This document shows positions 22,179-30,915 of a stretch of DNA of 33,184 nucleotides, piece by piece (the first letter of the stretch is position 1; each line of letters begins with the position of its first letter). The stretch is from positions 102,434,120-102,467,303 of the forward strand of contig NC_057718.1 of assembly GCF_004010195.1 (NCBI RefSeq), read 5' to 3'. A program made the position numbers and the translations under genes. This DNA comes from Chiloscyllium plagiosum. Taxonomy: Eukaryota. The notes below the pieces were generated by a model, which was given only the letters and a program-made list of their open reading frames with translations, was not told the DNA's origin and made no database searches.

Positions 22179-22323
22179 GTCGATGATGATCGGAGCAGTG
22201 CCAATTCCTCTGGGGGAGAAATCGCGGGACCCCCAAACTGTGGATTACACTGGCATCTATGACACGGAGGGGGTGGCTCACACAAAAAGCGGGGAACGTC
22301 AGCCTCTACAAGTCCACATCCAG
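22179..22323 (+). CDS. CNRIP1: CNRIP1 coding exon 2 (145 nt, ends phase 0)
   Basis: Acceptor ggcAG at 22177-22178; AA+G completes Lys; [48 protein letters not shown] matches CRIP1a [22 protein letters not shown]; donor GTGAGA at 22324; the two exons total 108 codons. Confidence 0.97.
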
Positions 22324-22534
22324 GTGAGAGATGGAAAAGATTCAAAACCACAGTGTTGCATTGGTCCAAATGTCTTAACCTTTGACATCTGTTCACTAGA
22401 TCCAGTTTGGAAAGAGCAGCAGGGATCAGGTGATACGATGGCAAAGACAGCGCTGACTAATGCAAACAGAATGGCAGACATTCTCTTTCACAGTTCCTTT
22501 GGGAATGTGGATTCCTTGGTGACACCGCTCTCTC

Positions 22535-23062
22535 TCAACAACACAAATAGAAATTGCTGGGGGAAAAATCTCAGCACGTCTGGCAGCATCTGTGGAGAGA
22601 GAGCAGAGTTAGTGTTTTCGGCTGTTCATAGAATTCCTACAGTGTGGAAGCAGGCATTCGGCCCACAGTGACCCTCCAAACAGCAGGCCACCCAATCCCT
22701 GTAAGCCTAATTTCGCATGGCAAACCCACCTAAGCTACACCTTTGGACTATGGGAGGAAACCAGAACACCTGGCAGAAACCCACACAGACACGAGGAGTA
22801 GGTGCAAACTCCACACAGTCACCTGAGGGTGGAATCAAACCCAGGTCCCTGGCACCGTGAGGTAGCAGCACTAACCACTGAGCCACCATTTCTTCTTCAG
22901 GACTGGTTCAGAACAGATCACAGTTCTGAGGCAATGTCGCTGGACCCAAAACATTAACTCTGCTTTCTTGCTCCACAGATGTTGCCAGACCTGCTGAGTT
23001 TCTCCAACAATATCTGCTTCTGTTTCTGATTTCCAGCACCTGCAGTTCTTTGGATTTTGTTT
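22535..23062. mobile_element. Fold-back Penelope-terminus element split by an HE1-like SINE
   Basis: Left arm ctcagcacgtctggcagcatctgtggagagagagcagagtta is mirrored by taactctgctttcttgctccacagatgttgccagacctgctgag. Confidence 0.72.
22626..22888 (-). mobile_element. HE1-like SINE
   Basis: Reverse complement head atggtggctcagtggttagtgctgct...gggacctgggtttgattcc and body ggagtttgcac...cccatagtccaaag. Confidence 0.88.
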
Positions 23063-23224
23063 TGGTTCAGCCCCCTCAGCAGTTTTTCCACACTGCAGGA
23101 CGCAGTATCCTTTTTCATTAATTGATTTGGGAGAGAAATAAAATGCAATAGCACAAACTGTCAGGAGCCAGGGCTTGTGCATCATTCCTTCCTGAACTCT
23201 GAAGACACAGACGCAGACAAACTA

Positions 23225-23445
23225 TGAGGAGTGGGCTAATCAGTCCCTTGAGCCTGCAATAAGATCATGGCTGCACTGGTTGTGATCTCAACACCTCATT
23301 TCTGCCAACCACTGAGAACTTTTGACGTCCTTGTTAGCCAAGAATTTATCTACCTCTCCTCAAAAATATTTAATGCCCCTGTCTCCACCGCTCTTTAGGG
23401 AAGAGAGATCCAATGACTCAGAATCCTGACAGAGAAGAATCTTTA
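23225..23445 (-). mobile_element. Old CR1 3' fragment
   Basis: caataagatcatggctg...aagaatttatctacctctcct...gggaagagagatccaa; reverse of the CR1 tail at 12850-13080. Confidence 0.65.
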
Positions 23446-23694
23446 TTTTGTTTGTTTGTTCATGGGATGTGGGCTGATGGTTGGGCTACTATTTATTATC
23501 TCTCTTCCTAATTACCATTGAGGTGGTGGGGGGTGAGTTGCTTTCTTGAACCACTGCAGTGTGTGTGCTGTAGTCCACCCACAATGCCCTTGGGGAGGGA
23601 GTTCTAGGATGTTGACCCAGCAATAATGAAGGAACAGTAATCTAATCCCGAGGCAGGATAGTTTGAGATCTGAAGGGGAACTTTCAGACACCAT

Positions 23695-24020
23695 CATAGA
23701 ATAGAATACCTACAACATGGAAGCTGGTTGTTCAGCCCACCAAGTCCACACTGACCCTCTGAGAGCATCCCACCCAGACCTACCCACCTTACCCTGTATC
23801 CCCCAGGGCTATTTCACCTAACCTACACATCCATGGACAATTTAGCATAGCCAATTCACCCAACGTGCACATCTTTAGACTGTGGGAGGAAACCAGAGTA
23901 CACGGAGGAAATCCACACTGACGCAGGAAGAATGTGCAAACTCCACACAGTCACCCAAGGGTGGAATCGAACCCAGGTTTGTGGTGCTGTGAGACAGCAG
24001 TGCTAACCACTGAGCCACTG
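23695..24020 (-). mobile_element. HE1-like SINE
   Basis: Reverse complement cagtggctcagtggttagcactgctgtctcacagc...gggttcgattcc; tail tcatagaatagaat. Confidence 0.88.
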
Positions 24021-24150
24021 ACCCTCCATGATGTTCCCATGCATCTGTTGTCCTTGTCCTTTTAGATGGTAGTGATCGCAAGTCTGGAAGGCGCTGTCAA
24101 AGGCATCTTGGTGAATTATTGCAGTGCATCTTGTAAATGGTGCATACTTT

Positions 24151-24500
24151 GGGGTGGCACGGTGGTTAGCACTGCTGCCTCACAGTGCCAGAGACCTGGG
24201 TTCGGTTCCCGCCTCGAGCGACTGTGTGTGTGGAGTTTGCACATTCCCCCTGTGTCTGTGTATGTTTCCTCCGAGTGCTCTGATTTCCTCTCCACAGTCC
24301 AAAGATTTGCAGGTTAGGTGAATTGGCCAGGGTAAACTGCCCACAGTGTTCAGAGATGTGTAGATTAGGTGCATTAAGTCAGGGGTAAATATAGGGCAGG
24401 GGGAATGGGTCTAGGTGGGTTACTCTTTGGAGGGTTGGTGTGCACTTGTTGGGCCAAAGAGCCTGTTTCCACACTGTAGGGATTCTGTGGAACTCTATTC
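24151..24500 (+). mobile_element. HE1-like SINE
   Basis: ggggtggcacggtggttagcactgctgcctcacagtgccagagacctgggttcg...ggagtttgcacattc...cctgtttccacactgtagggattct. Confidence 0.88.
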
Positions 24501-25180
24501 TATGGAACTGTTGTCATTGTGCATCATTGATGGAGGGAATGGATATTGAAAATGATGGATGAGGTGTCAGTCACAAGGCTGTATTGTGCTGGATGGTGTC
24601 GAGCTTCTTGAGTGTTGTTGGAGTTGCCCCCATCCAGGCAAGTGGGGAGTATTCCATCACACTCCTGACTTGTGCCTTGTAGATTGTGGACAGGCTTTGG
24701 GGAGTTGGGTCGTGAAGCACTCGATGCAAGATTTCTAGCCACTGACCTGTACCAATTGCTACTGTGTTTATATGGTTGCTCCACTTCAGTTGCAGGTCAG
24801 TTATACCCCCCAGGATGAGGGAGATACAGTTTTGGCAATGCCATTGAATGTCAAGGGTTGATAGTTAGATTCTCTCTTGTGGAGATAGTCATTGCCTGGT
24901 ACTTGTGTGGCATGTATGTTGCTTGCCTCTTATCAGCCCAAACTTGGATATTGTCCAGGTCTTGCTGCATATGGACATGGACTACTTTAGTATCTGAGGA
25001 GTTGCAAATGGTGCTAAACATTGTGCAGTCATCAACAAACATGCCCATATGATGGAGGGAAGACCATTGATGAAGCAGATGAAGATGGTTAAATCTAGGA
25101 TGGTATCCTGAGGAACTCATGCAGGCATGTCCTGGAGGTGAGGTGACTAACCTCCAACAACTGCAACTATCTTTCTTTGT

Positions 25181-25322
25181 TAAAAATCACACAACACCAG
25201 CTTGTAGTTCATGATGAAAGAGCAACACTCCAAAAGCTAGTGCTTCCTGTTGGACTATAACCTGGGGCTGTGTGATTTTTAACTTTGTACACCCCAGTCC
25301 AACACCGGCATCTCCAAATCAC
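25181..25322. mobile_element. Short fold-back Penelope-terminus element with 12-bp TSD
   Basis: ttaaaaatcacacaacaccag ... ctggggctgtgtgatttttaa inverted arms; atctttctttgt at 25169-25180 and 25323-25334; decayed hammerhead tgatgaaagagcaacactccaaaagcta. Confidence 0.78.
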
Positions 25323-25424
25323 ATCTTTCTTTGTGTTAGCTATGATTCCAATTGTCACAGAATAGCCCCCAGATTTGTATCGATTCTGATTCTGCTAGGA
25401 CTTCTTGTTACCTATCTGATAGGG

Positions 25425-25900
25425 ACATAGGACATAAGAGCATAGGAAATGGAAGCGAGAGAAGGCAACTCAGCTCATCAAGCCCACACCGCCATCTAAC
25501 ACGATCATGGCTGATGTTATCCTGGTCTCAACTCCACTCTCTTGAATCTCCCATTAGCCTTTTATCCCACTCATCAGAAATATATTTCAGCATTAAAAAA
25601 CCCATTTCAGCATTAAATTGGAGGCCTTTTCTTTTACATGTGCCCTCCTGGACCTAGGCAATTGATTAGGAAATTGTTAAGATACCAATCTGAGGCCATT
25701 CAGCCCCTCAAGACTGTTGTACCAATCAATGAGGTTGTGACCCACCTTTATCCCACATTTCTTCATGTCTTTGTTTATCAGAAATCCTTCCGTCTCAGTT
25801 TCAAAATTCACAGTTGACCCAGCATCATTTGCCATTTGTAGAAGAGAAATCAGGAATTTTACAAAATAGAAGTTACCTCTGTGCAGGAAGTGGGTTGCTG
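25425..25900 (-). mobile_element. Two old CR1 3' fragments
   Basis: cataagagcatagg...gatcatggctgat (25425-25600) and aggccattcagcccctcaag...gtctcagtttcaaaattcacagttgacccagcatc (25690-25900). Confidence 0.6.
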
Positions 25901-26471
25901 GTTTGTGAGACAGAACAGTGGAGGAATTTGTAGGGGGTGATATATGGCATTGCATTAATTGATGTCACTGCTGACATGAGTATGTGGCTGCTTTCTCAGC
26001 TGAGATAGTAGGAAGCAAGAAGATTTATTTATGTTATTGTACCAAATTGAGGTTGAGTTAACAAATAGTTCAGTGAGCTGTTCATCCTGTGCAATACTGT
26101 GGGAGATACTTTATCTTTGTCTGAGGATTAATCTATTCTGATGGCATCTTTCTATTTTTAGCCTTTAAAATAATGTTTCATGTCAGTACGGATGGAATTT
26201 TGCAGCAGTTCCCTACTTTTATAAATTAGTTATGCTATGACCATTGTGGGGCATTCTAGCTACAGGGCCAGAAAAATATTAATGTTTTAGAATCTTCATG
26301 GCTGAATTCTTGTATTATGCGAGGCTTGATATGACAACTAATAAGACTCCTTCAACAGCACCTTCCCAACTCATGACCTTGAGCATCTCAAAGGACAAGG
26401 GCAGCAGATACATGGGAACACCACTCCCTGCAAGTTCCCCTCCAAACCACTTACTGTCTTGACTTGGAAAG

Positions 26472-26808
26472 ATAGAATCACAGAGTCCCAACAGTGTGGA
26501 AGTGAGCCATTCGGCCCATCAACACTGACCCTCTGAAAAGCATTCCACCCACCCTATCTCTGCATTTCCCATGGTTAATCCACCTTGCCTGCACATCCCT
26601 GGAAACTGCAGGGAACTTAGCACAGCCAATCCACATAACCTGCACATCTTTGGACTGTGGGAGGAGACTGAGAGCACTTGGAGGAAATCCACGCAGACAT
26701 GGGGAGAATGTGCAAACTCCACACAGCGAGTTGCCTGAGAGTGGTATCAAACCCAGGTCCCTGGTACTGTGAGGCAGCAGTGCTAACCACTGAGCCACCA
26801 TGCCATCC
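26472..26808 (-). mobile_element. HE1-like SINE
   Basis: Reverse complement tggcatggtggctcagtggttagcactgctgcctcacag...ggagtttgcacattctcccc. Confidence 0.88.
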
Positions 26809-26911
26809 AGTGTATATCACCATTCCTTCAGTGTTGCTGAGTGGAGATCCTGGAACTCATCCTTCCCTAACAGCATTGTTGAGGTCCCTGGACCTCAGGA
26901 TTTCAGTGATT

Positions 26912-27735
26912 AATCAGAGAGTCATACAGTACAGAAACAGATCCTTCAGTCCAACTATAATCCCAAACTAAACTAGTCCCACCTGCCTGTGTTTGGCCCA
27001 TATCCCTCCAAACATTTCTTATTCATGTATTTTTCCAAATATCTTTTAAAAGTTGTAACTATACCCACATCCACCACTTTGTCTGGAAGTTCATGCCACA
27101 CACGAACCACACTCTGTGTAAAAAAGTTGCCCATCATGTCTTTTTTAAATCTTTTGACTCTCACCTTAAAAATATGCCCTTCAGTCTTGAAATCCCCCAC
27201 CCTAGGGAAAAGACATCTGCCATTCACCTTATCCTTGCCCCTCATGATTTTATAAACCTCTGCAAGATCACCCCTCAACCTCTTACGCTACAGTGAAAGA
27301 AGTCCCAGCCTATCCCAGCCTCTTTATAACTTGAACCCTCCATTCCTGGCAACATCCTGGTAAATCTCATCTGAAACCTACCCTTCCTAGAACAGGGCGA
27401 CCAGAGCTGGATATAATACTCCCGAAGAGGCCCCACCAATGTCGTGTACAACCTCAACATAACATCCCAACTTCTGTACTCAAAGATCTGAGCAATGATG
27501 CAAGTGTGGTAAATGTCTATATATGATGCAGACTTCAAAGAATTATGTACCTGTACCCTCTAGGTCTCTCTGTTCTACAAAACATCAAGGGCCCTATCTT
27601 AAATTGCATAAGACCTGCCCTTATTTGTTTTACTAAAATACAATACCTGCATTTATCCAATTTGAACTCCATCTGCCATTCTTCAGCCTATTGACCCAAG
27701 ACCTCTTTGTAATCTTAGATAACATTCTTCACTGC
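26912..27735 (-). mobile_element. CR1-type LINE 3' fragment
   Basis: ORFs RGDLAEVYKIMRG...GNFFTQSVVRVWHELP and RLYTTLVGPLREYYIQLWSP. Confidence 0.92.
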
Positions 27736-28424
27736 AAAGAGGGCAGCTCACCATCATTTTCTCAATGGCATCCACAAACAGGCAATAAATGCTGACATAG
27801 TCAGCGACACCCACTACTTAGATATGGCCCAAGCGTAGGCAGATGGGGCTAGTTTAGTTTGGTATGATGGTTTGTTTGGACCAAATGGTCTGTTTCTATA
27901 CTGTATGTCTCTATGATTAATTACTGAAAACCTTGGGGTGTAGGTATACTCACAATGCTGTTAGGGAGGTAGGAGTTCCAGGACTTACACCCAGTCCCAC
28001 TAAGGAATGGAAACTACTTGTGAACAAATTTAAAATAGTGAATATTTCTGCTACTACACTGAGAATTTTCAAATAAATATGACATTTATTTTTAACAATT
28101 ATATTATGAAAAATCTGAAATTAATCTTTTGGGAGAGGAGTAATCGTATTTCTGCTTAATAAAGTAGGCACCAGCTGCAAATACACCCTGGGCAAATGAT
28201 CTTGGCCGTTGCTACAAGCAAATTATGCTCAACTGTAATATAATTTGCACTTGACCTTTGCATGCTTTATGCTGCAGTGCATAAATGCATCTAATTAATG
28301 AAGACTGAAATAGGTTTGAGGAGGAACAAATTTTTTATTAACTCCATTCTCCACTTCTTAAATTGAGGTTCTTAATTCAATGAAATGCCACTTCTGCCAG
28401 CATCAGATAACTTCAGATCAAGAA

Positions 28425-28660
28425 ATAGAAAAGCCAAGAGCTGGAGAAACTCAGCAAATCTGGCAGTGTTTATGTTGAGAGAAACACTGTTGATGTTTCA
28501 GGTCCAATATGACTCCTTCAGTTCTGAAGATTGAAAAGGAATCATATTGGGTTTGAAATGTTAACTCTGTTTCTCTCTGCATTGAGACTGTCAGATTTGC
28601 TGCATTTTGCCAACAGTTTGTATTTCTGATCTCCAGCATCTGTGATATTTTGCTTTTATA
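28425..28660. mobile_element. Fold-back Penelope-terminus element (second family)
   Basis: cagcaaatctggcagt...tttcaggtccaatatgactcct mirrored by aggaatcatattgggtttgaaa...actgtcagatttgctg. Confidence 0.7.
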
Positions 28661-29323
28661 ACCTCAGTGCAAGATATGCTTGATTAAACCGGATTAACAA
28701 CATGTCTCAACCCCAACCTCAGAAAAATACCCATAAGGCAATAGCTATTTACCACAACAGTCTGTATCCCAGCTTGTTTGAGCAACAGTGCCAGTTAATT
28801 GCAGAATCAAGGGCTATTCTGTGGACTGAGGAAGCTGTGTTGGCAATGATAGTGCAAGACCACTTCATACACTGTTGTACAAGCTGATGATCTATGAAAG
28901 AAATAGTCGTTTGGTGGTACAGAATAAGTGCAAGATGGAAGGCTTCACCAAAATATGTCTCTGTTTAGCATGACTCAGGTTCTGAAAGAGTTAATGTTGA
29001 AGCTGCATTAAGCTCCAGCTAGTCAGGCTGGAGAAGAAGCAGACTGTGATGAGGTCCCTGTGGAGACAGACCTGTTATCTCTGGCTCCTGATTGTCTTTG
29101 TAATTACGCCTAACTAGTCAAACTTGTACTTACTGCTATTGTACAGTAAACTACATCTTTCTGTGTAAGACAGGTACTTTATCTCAATAAGCATCAGTAG
29201 TGGTTTATTCTCTACTGTTGCTAATCACGAAGGCCCTTAGACTCAGTACAGAAAAGAGGACATCAGCACTCTTGTGGTGCACTGGTAATGTCCATACCTC
29301 TGAGTCAGGATTCCTGGATTCAA

Positions 29324-29455
29324 GGAGATAGTGAGGACTACAGATGCTGAGAAGTCAGAGTGATAAAGTGTGGCTTCGGAAAAAGCACAGCAGGTCAGGC
29401 AGCATCCGAGGAGCAAGAGAGTCAATGTTTCGGGCTTAACCCTTCATCAGGACTT
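29324..29455 (-). mobile_element. Single-arm Penelope terminus with CpG-decayed hammerhead, inserted in a short tRNA-like SINE
   Basis: Minus strand AGTC-CTGATGA-A-GGGT-TAA-GCCC-GAAA-CATT-GACT; the flanks (tggtgcactggtaatgtcc...ggattcaag | tcc...) look like a split tRNA-derived head. Confidence 0.7.
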
Positions 29456-30424
29456 AAGTCCTAGCTTCTCCAGAAGAGTGTAATTACATCTAAGAACAGG
29501 TTGATCAGAAAATATCTAGAAAGGACATCATCCATTTGTTAAGTTAGTATTTGAAAGTGTAGGATGGAGAGATTGTCTTCAGGGACCAGTAGTCTCTATG
29601 GAGCTGGGGTGCGTCATCACTCCTGGAGATGACATTTTGATAAGTTTCTGTGACAGTTGTGGAAGTTTCCATTGACTGTCTGATTTTTGTTTTTGTAACA
29701 ATGCGCCCATCAGGACTGTCTAACCTGTTTATGGCTTATTTAAAAGTACATAAAGGAGAATCAAGCAGAAAATACCCAAGCCACAAGCTGCTAGCAGTTG
29801 GTTGTAACCTATGACACATAGGACACTTAGTATCAACAAAGGATAATTTGATCCCATTGGTCTGGGTTGAACAGAGATCCTAGAGTTGTGGGGATGTGAC
29901 AGAATACATTGCTCCGGGGAGGGGCTTCGTTATTCTTTAAATTATCTTGAGCATTTCATGCAACTTAACACTTCTTTGAAGAAAGGAAACAATGCCATTT
30001 GTACCATTTCCTTGAAACTGGTTATATTTTTCTTTAATTTATATGTTTTGGTAAAATGAAAGTGTGAAGTAAGACTCCACGATGACTCAGTGAGGTTAGC
30101 TAGCAACTATCTGCATACTATGAAACTATAAGATATGTTACCCAGTATTCCATCCAGTTTTGATAGCCTCATTTACATGAGGAGTTGAGACAAATTTCTT
30201 TTGAACCTTAACTATCCAGGTTTTCTTTGCTTGACGATATCATCCAGCCTTGTTTTAAATGACATTACACCACCTCACATTTACTGACATTAAATTCCAT
30301 TTGTCATACTTGGTCTATTTCATGGCTTCATTAGTATCCATTTGTAGTTTTCTTTGCACCTCAGAGCCCATTGTCTCTAACTCTAAAATGCAAATCACTG
30401 ATGTACATAGGGTTGACTTGATCA

Positions 30425-30590
30425 GGAATAAAACAGTAAGTGCTGGAAAAACTCAGCAGATTTGACAGCATCTGTGGAGCGAGAAATACAGTTAATGTTT
30501 CAAGCTTGATATGACCTTTATCAGAACTTCAGTATGAAAGAAGAGTCATATTGGACTGAAAATGGTTAACTCTGTTTCTCTCTCCACAGT
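30425..30590. mobile_element. Fold-back Penelope-terminus element (second family)
   Basis: ctgtggagcgagaaatacagttaa ... ttaactctgtttctctctccacag inverted arms; similar to 28425-28660. Confidence 0.7.
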
Positions 30591-30915
30591 AGCTAGAATT
30601 CTGTCCGTAGATTATTGAAATTGTGGAACAATTGGCCAAATTGTCTATGTTGGCTTTTTTTTTGAAAATGTGCTAAAGCTTTAGTATCATATCCCTTCTT
30701 TCTTGTCTGTAACCCTGTAAGCTGTCCAACTCCCTTGATGAAATTATACTTGAAATCACTTTTCAGGTTGTTTGTTCCAGATCCCAACAATGTACAGCTT
30801 ATTATGAAAAGAGGGTTAGAATGGTTTGCTATGCCTTTTAACAGAGAGGTCATGCTGTTTTTATGATGTAGTCCAGTGATAGTAACTGGTTGACATTATT
30901 TGAAGTTGAATATTG

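Larger units (their letters stand above)
23455..25410 (-). mobile_element. CR1/L2-group LINE (RT and 3' tail) broken into four pieces by later insertions
   Basis: Minus strand MFVDDCTMF...QQDLDNIQVWADKRQ (RT motif) and STIYKAQVRSVMEYSPLAW; pieces ~23455-23690, 24025-24148, 24500-25180, 25335-25410. Confidence 0.8.
26340..27815 (+). mobile_element. CR1/L2-group LINE 3' tail split by an HE1-like SINE and a CR1
   Basis: cagcaccttccc...aggacaagggcagcagatacatgggaacacc (26340-26470), ccattccttcagtgttgctg...atcctggaactc (26812-26885), gcagctcaccatc...gcaataaatgctg (27735-27815) read as one continuous tail. Confidence 0.72.

Noticed and set aside
22324..22671. C-terminal extension of ORF 22168..22671 as part of CNRIP1
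   Set aside because: Homology stops at the GTGAGA donor; the rest runs into intron and repeat sequence.
22626..26808. tRNA genes
   Set aside because: The A/B-box-like heads continue into SINE bodies and LINE-like tails; I saw no complete cloverleaf.
30593..30853. 86-aa minus-strand ORF as a continuation of the mucin-like ORF
   Set aside because: It overlaps a degenerate CR1 3'-end-like sequence and has no recognisable protein features.
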